Below, one piece after another: positions 8,490 to 18,361 of a stretch of DNA of 52,569 nt; positions within the stretch are counted from its first letter, which is position 1, and every line of letters starts with the position of its first letter. Origin of the DNA: a virus (taxonomy: Duplodnaviria; Caudoviricetes); IMG/VR virus record IMGVR_UViG_3300005573_000120, positions 1 through 52,569 of that record; one strand, 5' to 3'. Both the position numbers and the translations under genes were made by a program. Below the pieces are notes generated by a model, which had not been told where the DNA came from, ran no database searches, and saw nothing but the letters and a program-made list of their open reading frames with translations.

Positions 8490-9737
8490 ATGGAATTAAG
8501 TAAAATATTTCAAGGGGATGCTCTTGAAGTTTTAAAGACTTTTCCTGATGAGTGCATAGATTGTGTTATTACTTCTCCCCCTTATTGGGGGTTAAGAGAT
8601 TACAAAGTAGATGGGCAGATTGGTCAGGAATATACTTTTGATGAGTATATTAACAAGTTATGTTGTGTTTTTGATGAGGTAAAAAGAGTTTTAAAAAAGG
8701 CGGGGACTTGCTGGGTAGTTTTGGGTGATACTTATTTAGGTCATTCAGTAAGTAAAGAATGGGTAAGTGATTTAGAAAATAAAGATTTAAGAAGTAGTTG
8801 GAGGTCTGGTGGTAGAGATAGTAGTTATAGGGCTCTCAGTATTCCTAGATCAAAGAATTTACCTGATAAGTGTTTATGTTTAATTCCTTCCAGATTTGCT
8901 ATTGAGATGGTAAATCGGGGATGGATTTTGAGGAATGAAATTATTTGGTTTAAGAGAAATAAAATGCCTGAGAGTGTGAAGGATAGATTTACGGTAGATT
9001 ATGAAAAGATTTTCTTTTTTGTAAAGTCAAATAAAACTCAATTTTGGGTTAATAAAAAAACAAAAGAGATTGTTTATCAGAAGCCTAAGGGGGTGAATGG
9101 AGTAGAGGGTGTAGATTGGGAATGGGCAGATTGCCCTGTTTGTAGTGGTAATTTTAGTGATACTAAAATATTAGAAGATGCCGCAGATGATTTTTCATCG
9201 CCTCGTGCAAGAAAATATAGGAAGTGTAAGTGTGTAGAAGGTAAGGTTAAAAAATCTTTATGGGAAGGGAGGGATTATTATTTTGAACAGCAGTTTGAGA
9301 CAATGAAGCAAACATCTATTGAAAGGTTTGAGCGGGCAAATAATTCTATTAAAAGTCAAGCCTATAATTTTACTCCCGAAAAATGGAAAAAGATGGCAGA
9401 TAAGGTTTTAAAGAATAATATAAGGATAAGAAATCGTCGTTGTGTCTGGGAGGTAAATAATAAACCTTTTCATGGGATGCATTTTGCTGTATTTCCAGAA
9501 GATTTGGTAGAGATAATGATGAGGGCTGGTTGTCCTATTGATGGTATAGTTTTGGACCCGTTTATGGGGTCAGGGACGGTTGCTGTGGTAGCTAAAAGAT
9601 TAGGTAGGAATTGGTTAGGTATAGAATTAAATCCTGATTATATTAAGATAGCTTTGAAGAGGATTGAATTAGCACCAAATTATCAACCTGAATTAGATTA
9701 TTTAGAAAGTGGAAGATTAAAAAAGGAGGAAAAATAA
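8490..9737 (+). CDS. Beta-class N4-cytosine/N6-adenine DNA methyltransferase
   Basis: TSPPY catalytic motif before HFAVFP and [11 protein letters not shown] motif; Cys-containing insertion in the TRD. Confidence 0.92.
   Translation: MELSKIFQGDALEVLKTFPDECIDCVITSPPYWGLRDYKVDGQIGQEYTFDEYINKLCCVFDEVKRVLKKAGTCWVVLGDTYLGHSVSKEWVSDLENKDLRSSWRSGGRDSSYRALSIPRSKNLPDKCLCLIPSRFAIEMVNRGWILRNEIIWFKRNKMPESVKDRFTVDYEKIFFFVKSNKTQFWVNKKTKEIVYQKPKGVNGVEGVDWEWADCPVCSGNFSDTKILEDAADDFSSPRARKYRKCKCVEGKVKKSLWEGRDYYFEQQFETMKQTSIERFERANNSIKSQAYNFTPEKWKKMADKVLKNNIRIRNRRCVWEVNNKPFHGMHFAVFPEDLVEIMMRAGCPIDGIVLDPFMGSGTVAVVAKRLGRNWLGIELNPDYIKIALKRIELAPNYQPELDYLESGRLKKEEK
9658..9705 (+). repeat. 48-bp direct repeat, copy 2
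   Basis: Matches 6425..6472. Confidence 0.9.
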
Positions 9738-9757
9738 GAAGGAGGAAGAAAAAGGAA

Positions 9758-11059
9758 TTGAAAAAAAGTAAGAAATATGGACTTGTTTGGGAAGATAAGC
9801 CAGAAGAAGTGGTTGAGATGTGTAAAGAAAAAATGCCAGTGCTGAAGGAAATTAAAGATAAGGAAATTATAACAGACCCTTCAAAGCCAATAAACATACT
9901 TATTGAAGGAGACAATTATCATGCTCTTTCTGTTCTAAATTATACCCACGCAGGAAAAATTGATGTTATTTATATTGATCCACCTTATAATACTGGCAAT
10001 AAAGACTTTATTTTTAATGACAAATATGTAGATCCTGAAGATAGTTATCGCCACTCAAAATGGCTTTCTTTTATGGAGAAAAGGTTAAAACTGGCAAAGA
10101 ATTTATTGAAAGATACAGGGGTAATTTTTATTTCAATTGATGATAATGAAGTAGCGCAGTTAAAGTTGTTAATGGATAATCCAGATTTGTTTGGAGAAAA
10201 TAATTTTATTATTAATTTGTGTTGGAAATCTAGAAATTCAATTTCTAATGATGCTATCGTTTCTACAAATCATAATTATAATTTGGTATATGCAAAAAAT
10301 ATTAACAAAATATCAATACCACAGATGTTTAGAATGGTGCCCGACGAGGAGTATAGAAAAAAATTTAGTAATCCAGACAATGATCCGAATGGTCCGTGGA
10401 AAGATATACATATAGAAATTTCTGGAGTTCATGTTAGCAAGGGACTAGTTTATGAAATTTATGATAAAAAAAATAAAATCAAATATTTTCCTGACGAAGG
10501 AAAATGTTGGCGATTTTCAAAGCCAAAATTTGAAGAATTATTAAAACAAGGAAGGATTATCTTTTACGGCAATCCCAAAAAGAAACCCCGATATAAATTC
10601 TATCTTAAAGAAGCACTAATAACACCTTCAAGTTGGTTGGATAAAGTCGGAACAACTACTGAAGGCACCAATGATTTAGTAAATATTTTTCATAATAAAG
10701 TTTTTAATAATCCTAAACCAAAAAGTTTAATAAAATATTTGATTAAGATGTATTCAAGTAGAAAAGATTTGGTAGTTTTAGATTTTATGGCTGGAACCGG
10801 CACTACTGGTCAAGCGGTTTTAGAGTTAAATAAAGAAGATGGTGGTAATAGGCAATTTATTCTTTGCACTAATAATGAGAATAATATTTGCACTAATGTT
10901 TGCTATCCGAGAATTAAAAAAGTTATTGAGGGGTATAAAAATTTGAAAGGTGAATGGGTAGAAGGTTTAGGAGGTAACTTAAAATACTTTAGAACTGATT
11001 TTGTTGATGATAAGTCAGGAGATAAGAATGAAATTAAAAAAAATGATAAAGGTTACTGA
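9758..11059 (+). CDS. Type III Mod-like N6-adenine DNA methyltransferase
   Basis: KYGLVWE, ILIEGDN, IYIDPPY, KWLSFM, PKP, LDFMAGTGTT. Confidence 0.9.
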   Translation: MKKSKKYGLVWEDKPEEVVEMCKEKMPVLKEIKDKEIITDPSKPINILIEGDNYHALSVLNYTHAGKIDVIYIDPPYNTGNKDFIFNDKYVDPEDSYRHSKWLSFMEKRLKLAKNLLKDTGVIFISIDDNEVAQLKLLMDNPDLFGENNFIINLCWKSRNSISNDAIVSTNHNYNLVYAKNINKISIPQMFRMVPDEEYRKKFSNPDNDPNGPWKDIHIEISGVHVSKGLVYEIYDKKNKIKYFPDEGKCWRFSKPKFEELLKQGRIIFYGNPKKKPRYKFYLKEALITPSSWLDKVGTTTEGTNDLVNIFHNKVFNNPKPKSLIKYLIKMYSSRKDLVVLDFMAGTGTTGQAVLELNKEDGGNRQFILCTNNENNICTNVCYPRIKKVIEGYKNLKGEWVEGLGGNLKYFRTDFVDDKSGDKNEIKKNDKGY

Positions 11060-13004
11060 TTTAAAACCAATAAATAACCTTAAGTTGATATTTAGAGAAA
11101 TTAGAGATTATTTTGCTGGTAACATTACAGGTATTACAAGAGATGAAAAAATTGCGCAGAATATAATGCGGCTTTTATTTTGTAAGATTTATGATGAAAA
11201 AAACAGTTACGGCGTAACCGATTTTTCTAATCGTCCCGAAGATAATTATGAAATTTTACAGCAAAGAATAAATAATTTGTTTGAAAATGTTAAGAAAAAA
11301 TATTCGGATATTTTTGAACAGAATGAAAAAATTGAGATAAAACCAGAAGAACTCTCGTTTATAGTTTCAAAATTAGAAGATTATTCAATTCTAAATGCTG
11401 ATAGAGATGTTATTGGGGATGCTTTTGAAGAATTAATAAGCACCTCTTTTAGAGGTGGAGAGGGGCAATTTTTTACTCCGAGAAATGTTGTTCAAATGAT
11501 GATTAATGTTTTATCTCCTCAGGGAGGAGAGCGAATTATTGACCCTGCTTGTGGTAGTGGCGGATTTCTTGTATATACATTAAAATATTTTATTTCCTAT
11601 AATGTGAAAAATTTTTACCTTGCTGGAATTGATAAAGACGCCTTCTTGTCTAAAATAGCAAAAATTTATCTCTCGCTACTTGGGAATGATGAATTTGATG
11701 TTTTTTGCGAGAATAGTTTAGAAGTGCCCGAAAAATGGAGTGATGATACTAAGAAAAAAATTAAACTTGGCACTTTTGATATGGTTCTCACAAATCCACC
11801 ATTTGGATCAAAAATACCAGTTATTGGAGAAAAATTACTAAACCAGTATCAACTTGGTCATAAATGGAAAAATATCAATAATAAGTGGGTGCATACAAAT
11901 AAATTACTTGATAAACAGCCTCCACAGATTTTGTTTATTGAAAGATGTTTGCAATTACTTCGTAACGAGGGGAGACTAGGGATTGTTTTGCCTGAGGGAA
12001 TTTTTGGCAATCCCTCTGATAGATATATTTGGGAGTATATTTCAAGTGTAGCATCAATTATTGGTGTCGTAAGTTTATCTCAAGAAACTTTTCAACCGAG
12101 CACTCATACAAAGACAAGTGTATTATTTTTGAAAAAAACTACTGAGAAACCAAAATCAATTTTTATGGCTATAGCAAATAGTGTTGGTCACAATAAGAAC
12201 GGAAAACCGATATACAAAATAGATAAATCTAGTAATAAAAAAGTATTAGATGATGATCTTCCTATAATTGCTAAAAGGTTTAATTCGCGTAAAAGCAATG
12301 ATAAGACTGTGGTTGATCATTTGGGATTTAATATCTCTTATAATGAATTAAATGACCATATTTTTATACCTGAATATTACAACCCTGAGATTGCCGAAGA
12401 AATAGACTCGCTTAAAAAAAGTGGAAAGTTTTTGTTATTATCTATTGGTGAATTAATAGATAAAGGAATTTTACAAGTCAGGAGAGGGAATGAAATAGGC
12501 TCGCAATTTTATGGCTCTGGAGAAATACCATTTGTGAGGACAAGTGATATTGTTAATTGGGAAATAAAATTTGATCCAGTAAAAGCTGTATCTGAAGATG
12601 TTTATAATAAATATAAAAAAATACAGGATATTAAAGAGAATGATATTTTATTTGTTAATGATGGCACATTTCTTATTGGGAGGACTGCTATAGTTACAAA
12701 ATTAGATTTAAAAATAGTTATTCAGAGTCACATAAAGAAAATTAGAGTATTAAACAATGAATTTATTAATCCATTTTATTTGTTTTATCTTTTGAATAGT
12801 AAAATTGTAAGAAAGCAAATAGATTCTAAAACATTTGTGCAAGCAACTATTTCAACTCTTGGTAATAGATTGAAAGAAATTATATTACCAATAAGCAAGG
12901 ATCAGAATGAAATTGAAAAAATTATAAGCGAGGTTAAGTCTATTATTGATGGGAAGGCTGATTTAAGAGCCAAAATAGTTAAAATTGTAGATGCAAGTAT
13001 TTAA
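11028..13004 (+). CDS. Gamma-class N6-adenine methyltransferase with fused C-terminal specificity (TRD/HsdS-like) region
   Basis: GQFFTPR, DPACGSGG, TNPPF, VLPEG; start moved to ATG 11028 behind aggaga SD; no nuclease domain visible. Confidence 0.88.
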   Translation: MKLKKMIKVTDLKPINNLKLIFREIRDYFAGNITGITRDEKIAQNIMRLLFCKIYDEKNSYGVTDFSNRPEDNYEILQQRINNLFENVKKKYSDIFEQNEKIEIKPEELSFIVSKLEDYSILNADRDVIGDAFEELISTSFRGGEGQFFTPRNVVQMMINVLSPQGGERIIDPACGSGGFLVYTLKYFISYNVKNFYLAGIDKDAFLSKIAKIYLSLLGNDEFDVFCENSLEVPEKWSDDTKKKIKLGTFDMVLTNPPFGSKIPVIGEKLLNQYQLGHKWKNINNKWVHTNKLLDKQPPQILFIERCLQLLRNEGRLGIVLPEGIFGNPSDRYIWEYISSVASIIGVVSLSQETFQPSTHTKTSVLFLKKTTEKPKSIFMAIANSVGHNKNGKPIYKIDKSSNKKVLDDDLPIIAKRFNSRKSNDKTVVDHLGFNISYNELNDHIFIPEYYNPEIAEEIDSLKKSGKFLLLSIGELIDKGILQVRRGNEIGSQFYGSGEIPFVRTSDIVNWEIKFDPVKAVSEDVYNKYKKIQDIKENDILFVNDGTFLIGRTAIVTKLDLKIVIQSHIKKIRVLNNEFINPFYLFYLLNSKIVRKQIDSKTFVQATISTLGNRLKEIILPISKDQNEIEKIISEVKSIIDGKADLRAKIVKIVDASI

Positions 13005-13026
13005 ATAAAGTTGATGAAAGGAGAAA

Positions 13027-13110
13027 ATGATGGAAAATTTCAAAAAGGAGCACCCAGATTTAACTGAAGAGGAGCTTACTGATTGTACCAAAAATTTTAT
13101 ATTTAGCTAA
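13027..13110 (+). CDS. Possible 27-aa peptide or gene remnant
   Basis: aaggag SD then MMENFKKEHPDLTEEELTDCTKNFIFS*. Confidence 0.35.
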   Translation: MMENFKKEHPDLTEEELTDCTKNFIFS

Positions 13111-13142
13111 TTCTAAAAAAGAAAGGAGGAAGAAGAGTTAAA

Positions 13143-13394
13143 ATGGATAAATATGAATTAGGTATTCTTAGAAAATTTAAAAAATACGCACCTATTGAAA
13201 ACGAAGAAGAAGAAAGAGTTTTAGAAAAGTATTCTCTTATCGGCTGGGTTTACTGGGGTATTGATCCTGATGATAATTACCAACCCTACGCCCAACTTAC
13301 ACAGAAGGCACTTTCATTTATTCGCGTAAAAGAAATTCTAGAGAGTCGCGTAAGGACTTTCTGGCATAAATTAATTAATTCTCCTGCACTCTAA
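13143..13394 (+). CDS. Hypothetical protein
   Basis: ORF track; SD aaggagga upstream. Confidence 0.65.
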   Translation: MDKYELGILRKFKKYAPIENEEEERVLEKYSLIGWVYWGIDPDDNYQPYAQLTQKALSFIRVKEILESRVRTFWHKLINSPAL

Positions 13395-13395
13395 A

Positions 13396-13444
13396 TTTTA
13401 TAAGAACTATGCCTTGTGGGGGTTTTATAAGAACTATGCCTTGT
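13396..13444 (+). repeat. 22-bp near-tandem duplication ttttataagaactatgccttgt
   Basis: Copies at 13396..13417 and 13423..13444. Confidence 0.9.
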
Positions 13445-14590
13445 TGGGAGGAGTTAAAAAGGGAAGGGATAGATATTGATAAAGTTGTAAGAGAGATAGA
13501 GGTGTTAAAAAGGGAAGGGGTAGAAACCGAAGGTATAAAATATGCTGGCTCAAAGGATAAAATAATTCCTTATATTTTAAAACTTGTTTATAAATTAGAG
13601 CCAAAAAAGGTGTTAGATGGTTTTTCGGGCACTACCAGGGTTTCACAAGCATTTGCGAAATTGGGTTATAGGGTTATTGCTAATGATTTTGCTGTGTGGT
13701 CAAAGGTATTTGCTGAATGTTATTTATTAAACAAGAAACCCAAGGAATACTATCAAAAAATTGTTGATTACCTTAATAATTTACCTGGGAGATATGGTTG
13801 GTTCTCAGAGCATTATGGAGGCGAGCCTAAAAAGAAAGGTCCGAAACGACCTTGGCAAATTCATAATACAATGAAATTGGACGCTATAAGAGAAGAAATA
13901 GATAAGATAGCGAAAAATGAGATAGAGAAATCGGTTTTGTTAACGAGTTTAATATTGGCTCTTGATAAAGTAGAAAGCACTGTTGGGCATTATGCATCAT
14001 ATTTGAAAGAATGGGCGCCCAGGTCGTATAAGACTATGCAGTTAGAGGTTCCAAAGTTTATTATAAGTGACCAAAATCACGAAGTTTATCAAGAAGATAT
14101 TTTCAATTTGGTTCCGAAAATAGAAGTAGATTTAGCATATTATGACCCACCATACGGCTCTGGTAATGAGAAAATGCCTCCTTCAAGAGTGAGGTATCAG
14201 GCTTATTATCATATATGGACAACAATTATAAAAAACGACCAGCCAGAATTATTTGGCACGACAAACCGAAGAGTTGATAGCTCCGATAAAATTAGTTATT
14301 CGCCGTTTGAAGATTTTAGAAAAAATAAGGCAGGAAAATTTATAGCTATGGAAGCAATAGAAAAATTGATTCAGGAAACACAATCAAAATTTATCTTATT
14401 TTCGTATAGTTCTGGTGGTAGAGTTCCTTTTAATGACCTGGTCAATGCTTTTTCAAAAAAATCTAAGATAATAGAAATTCAAGAAATCAACTATAAAAAA
14501 AATGTAATGAGTTCTATGCGTTGGACAAACGAATGGGTTAAAGAAAAAGAGGAGCCACACAAAGAATATTTATTTTTATTAGAAAAATAA
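13409..14590 (+). CDS. Alpha-class (Dam/D12-like) N6-adenine DNA methyltransferase
   Basis: KYAGSK, DGFSGT, YYDPPY, FSYS. Confidence 0.9.
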   Translation: MPCGGFIRTMPCWEELKREGIDIDKVVREIEVLKREGVETEGIKYAGSKDKIIPYILKLVYKLEPKKVLDGFSGTTRVSQAFAKLGYRVIANDFAVWSKVFAECYLLNKKPKEYYQKIVDYLNNLPGRYGWFSEHYGGEPKKKGPKRPWQIHNTMKLDAIREEIDKIAKNEIEKSVLLTSLILALDKVESTVGHYASYLKEWAPRSYKTMQLEVPKFIISDQNHEVYQEDIFNLVPKIEVDLAYYDPPYGSGNEKMPPSRVRYQAYYHIWTTIIKNDQPELFGTTNRRVDSSDKISYSPFEDFRKNKAGKFIAMEAIEKLIQETQSKFILFSYSSGGRVPFNDLVNAFSKKSKIIEIQEINYKKNVMSSMRWTNEWVKEKEEPHKEYLFLLEK

Positions 14591-14615
14591 ATAATGCTAA
14601 AAAGGAATTAGAAAA

Positions 14616-15920
14616 ATGATTGAAAAATTGAAAAGATACCATCAGCCCGAGCTTGGATTTACTGCCCAGTTGGAGAACATTTTAGAACCTGCTGAAAATA
14701 AAACTCCTGATGAGTCCAAAAAAGTCCCTATCCTTTTCAGAAACACCATCCCAGAAATTCCATCAACTACCTATGGCACATTTTCTATCTATAAATATCC
14801 TGCTAAATTTATTCCTCAAGTTATCGCTTATGTGCTAAAAAAATACGCAAAACCAGGCTTTAAGATATTTGACCCGTTTGCTGGTTGTGGCACGGTGGGA
14901 GTGGTCTCCAGAATTTATGGCTATGATTATGAGTTATGGGATTTAAATCCAATTTTAGAAGTTATTCATAGCGCGTCAGTTATGAAAAATCCTCGGATAG
15001 ATGTTTTACAACTTTTGAAGGAAATTAAAAATTTCAAAAAGGAATTTCTCCCAGAATGGTCAAATTTAACTTATTGGTTTCCAAAAGAGTTTTTGCCAAT
15101 TCTCTCTAAAGCATGGGGAGCCACTTATACTCTACCTAATCAATCTAAATATGCTTTGGTCATACCTCTTCTTCGGCTGACCAGATATTTTTCATTTAGT
15201 GATGAAAAGGTTCATAAATTATATAAGTCAAAATACTCCATAAAAAAAGTTGAAAATCTTCTAAAAGGGGATTGGAAACATAAATTTTACACTATGCTGG
15301 AGAGAGAGATATGTATATTTCTCAAAAAGGTTTGGGAGTATAATTCTTTTAAACCTAAAGCAGTTAATTATAAAATTAAATCTGGGGTAGATATATTGGA
15401 GAGTAATTTAGATATTTCGGCAAATATCTTAATTACCTCTCCTCCTTATTTGCAGGCTCAAGAATATATCAGGTCAACCAAGCTGGAATTGTTCTGGTTA
15501 GGCTATAAGGAAAAATATATAAAAGAATTGAGTAAAAAAGAAATTCCTTATTGTGAGCTTCCTAAAATAAAAATATACTCGGAAAAGTTCTATGAGTTCA
15601 GAGAGAGAATTAAAGAGGAGCATCTCAGGCAATTATACGATAGATATTTTTATGCTATTCTTAAAGCGTTTTCAACTTTATCCGCTCAGGTTAAGAACTA
15701 TATGTGTATTTTTGTTGGTCCAGCAAAAATAAGGACCACCTCTATTCCGATTGATGAAATAATTATTGAGCAGATGAAAGAATTGGGCTGGGTTCATGAA
15801 ATTACCTTTGTGGATAAGATAGTTTCTCGGGTAATGTTTGAATCCAGTATTAACCCTGCTTCTGGTATGGAAGATAGTAGGATAAAAACTGAGCATTTGG
15901 TGATTTTAAAAAAGGATTGA
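14616..15920 (+). CDS. Alpha-class N4-cytosine-type DNA methyltransferase
   Basis: YPAKFIP, DPFAGCGT followed later by ITSPPY. Confidence 0.85.
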   Translation: MIEKLKRYHQPELGFTAQLENILEPAENKTPDESKKVPILFRNTIPEIPSTTYGTFSIYKYPAKFIPQVIAYVLKKYAKPGFKIFDPFAGCGTVGVVSRIYGYDYELWDLNPILEVIHSASVMKNPRIDVLQLLKEIKNFKKEFLPEWSNLTYWFPKEFLPILSKAWGATYTLPNQSKYALVIPLLRLTRYFSFSDEKVHKLYKSKYSIKKVENLLKGDWKHKFYTMLEREICIFLKKVWEYNSFKPKAVNYKIKSGVDILESNLDISANILITSPPYLQAQEYIRSTKLELFWLGYKEKYIKELSKKEIPYCELPKIKIYSEKFYEFRERIKEEHLRQLYDRYFYAILKAFSTLSAQVKNYMCIFVGPAKIRTTSIPIDEIIIEQMKELGWVHEITFVDKIVSRVMFESSINPASGMEDSRIKTEHLVILKKD

Positions 15921-15950
15921 TAAAAATAAATAAAAAAGAAGGTAAGGAGA

Positions 15951-16949
15951 TTGTTTATGAAAGAAGACCAAGTTGTATGTTTTGTTTGCGGAAATGAAAA
16001 AAAATTAAATTCTAATATAATAATCTCTAAAATTCCCGATTTTGAATATGGCTTTATTTGGGAGGATCCTATTAGTGGCCATAGAGTTGGTTGTCTTGAT
16101 GCTTCAAAAAAAGAAGATATAGAAGAGTTGATGAAAGGAGAAAAGGCAATTCTTGCTATTCACGACCCTCCTTATAATGTTGATATAAATGATGAATTTG
16201 GTAGTTTGCCTTTAGATGAATATATCGCTTGGTGCGAAAAATGGGTTGATAACACAATAGACATTCTTAATAGAGATGCATCCTTTTATATTTGGCTTGG
16301 TGCGGATATTAGGAATGATTTACAACCATTGCCTGACTTTATAATTATGATGAGAAAGAAGCCCATTAAGATTAGAAATTTTATAACAATGAGAAATCAA
16401 CGGGGATACGGAACACAAAAAAATTGGATGGCAGTAAGACAAGAATTACTTTATTACATAAAAGGGAACCCGCCTTTTAATGTTCAAGCTGAATACACAG
16501 ATATTCCTAAAAAAACAAGAGGTTATTATAAAAAGGTAAATGGAAAATTAACAGAAAATTTTGAACGCAGTAAATCTTTAACTATTAGAGCGGGCAATGT
16601 CTGGTATGATATACAACAAGTTTTTTATTTAATGCATGAAAATATAGAAGGTTGCTTTGCTCAAAAACCCCTTAAATCTGCCAAAAGAATAATTGATGCA
16701 AGCAGTAAAGAGGGGGACATTATAGTAGATTTTTTTGGACATTCGGGATCTACTTTATTACAAGCAGAAATTAGCAAGCGTAAATGTTATACGATGGATA
16801 TAAATCCTACCTACTGTAAAATTATGGTTGCCAGGCTATTGCATTATAGACGCACTGGAGAAACTGGATGGGGTAAAACTAAGATTTTAAAAGATGGAAA
16901 AATTTTAGTAGATGAAGAAACATTATTAGGGACGAAAAAAAATAAATAA
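15951..16949 (+). CDS. Beta-class N6-adenine DNA methyltransferase
   Basis: HDPPY, AQKP, DFFGHSGST. Confidence 0.9.
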   Translation: MFMKEDQVVCFVCGNEKKLNSNIIISKIPDFEYGFIWEDPISGHRVGCLDASKKEDIEELMKGEKAILAIHDPPYNVDINDEFGSLPLDEYIAWCEKWVDNTIDILNRDASFYIWLGADIRNDLQPLPDFIIMMRKKPIKIRNFITMRNQRGYGTQKNWMAVRQELLYYIKGNPPFNVQAEYTDIPKKTRGYYKKVNGKLTENFERSKSLTIRAGNVWYDIQQVFYLMHENIEGCFAQKPLKSAKRIIDASSKEGDIIVDFFGHSGSTLLQAEISKRKCYTMDINPTYCKIMVARLLHYRRTGETGWGKTKILKDGKILVDEETLLGTKKNK

Positions 16950-17014
16950 TGCTAAAATGGGTTAATTTATGATATTTTTTAATGTTTTTGATAAATTAGG
17001 ATTATAGTTATAAT

Positions 17015-18361
17015 ATGAGGGAAGAAATGGTAAAAAATATATTAGTTTTGGGCTCTGGGTTGGATTTGAGTATAGCTTTGGAGTTTTGTAAGAAGGCTGT
17101 TAAGGTTTATTATTATTCTTCGTGGTCTGAGGGTTTTCCACAGTTAGATAAGTATCTTGTAGGGTATGGTTTTGAGAGGTTTGGTTTAGAGATAGTAAAG
17201 GATTTTTATAGGCAATTGAGGTGTATTTGGGATATAGATAAGGAGGATTGGTTGGTTGTATTTACTGATAATAATTTTGGTGATTTGCCTGATATGTTGA
17301 GGGATGAGGGTTTTATTGTTTTTGGTTCTGGTTTAGGGGGGTCTTCATTGGAGTTGGATAGGGCTTGGGGTAAGTCTGTTTTATCTGAGTTTGTGGATGT
17401 TCCAGATTTTAAGAGTTTTCATAATTTGAATGAGGTTGAGGATTATTTAAGGGGTGAGGATGGTTCTGAGAGGTTTGTATTAAAGGTTGATGTGGTATCT
17501 GGTAGTATAGATACGGTTGTTGGGACTGTAGATGAGTTATTATCTGAGATAGATAGGGTAGATGATGTTGAGAGGGGATTGGAGTTGAATTGGATTTTAG
17601 AGAGATTTATAGATGGTGTAGAGGTGGCTATTGGGGCTTTTTTTAATGGTAATAAGTTTTTATTTCCTGTTGTAAGGTCTTTTGAGAGTGAATGGGGTGG
17701 GTATTTGATTTGGGGCAGTAAGGATATTATTTTTGAGGAGACTTTAGGAAAGATGGTATCGTTTTTATCTGGTTTGGGGTATAATGGTATGGTTGATATA
17801 AATGGTATATTATCAAATGATGGTAAGTTTTATGCTTTGGAATGGACTGCTGGTAGGTTTGGGTATCCTTGGGGAAGGATTTATACAAGAATGATAAATA
17901 ATATAGTTGATGTCCTTGATAGTATAGCTAGGGGTAAGGATTGTGATATAGATATATCTTATAATTGTGCTTATTTTATATCTGCTTTTTCTGATTTTGA
18001 CTTTTCAAAAATGCCAGAAAATTTTTATGATTGCAATGATTTATATAAGCTGGATAAAGAGGATGATAAGGGTATAGTATATGATAGGGTGATGATTAGT
18101 GAGGATGTCCTGTATTCTCTACCAGGGTATAATCGTATGTTTCAGATAGTAGGTTTTGGGAACGATTTTGATTCCGCTTTTAAAAATGCCAAAGAGATGT
18201 TCAGTAAATGTAAGATGATGTGTGATTTCAAAAATAAATTTGATGAATTATATAAGGATTTAAATAAAAGGTTAAATTTATTAGATAATATATTAAAAAA
18301 TAAAGAAAAATTAGAGGATACTAATGATGGGGATAGAATACCAGCCAATAATAGTAAATAA
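17015..18361 (+). CDS. Divergent PurD-like ATP-grasp protein (paralogue of 4207)
   Basis: LELDRAWGK, ILERFIDGVEVAIGAFFNG, LEWTAGRFGYP; lacks the HKK...GPNTGxMG loop. Confidence 0.75.
   Translation: MREEMVKNILVLGSGLDLSIALEFCKKAVKVYYYSSWSEGFPQLDKYLVGYGFERFGLEIVKDFYRQLRCIWDIDKEDWLVVFTDNNFGDLPDMLRDEGFIVFGSGLGGSSLELDRAWGKSVLSEFVDVPDFKSFHNLNEVEDYLRGEDGSERFVLKVDVVSGSIDTVVGTVDELLSEIDRVDDVERGLELNWILERFIDGVEVAIGAFFNGNKFLFPVVRSFESEWGGYLIWGSKDIIFEETLGKMVSFLSGLGYNGMVDINGILSNDGKFYALEWTAGRFGYPWGRIYTRMINNIVDVLDSIARGKDCDIDISYNCAYFISAFSDFDFSKMPENFYDCNDLYKLDKEDDKGIVYDRVMISEDVLYSLPGYNRMFQIVGFGNDFDSAFKNAKEMFSKCKMMCDFKNKFDELYKDLNKRLNLLDNILKNKEKLEDTNDGDRIPANNSK

Noticed and set aside
9758-13004. Complete type I/III restriction-modification system
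   Set aside because: No Res/HsdR helicase or PD-(D/E)xK nuclease ORF is visible
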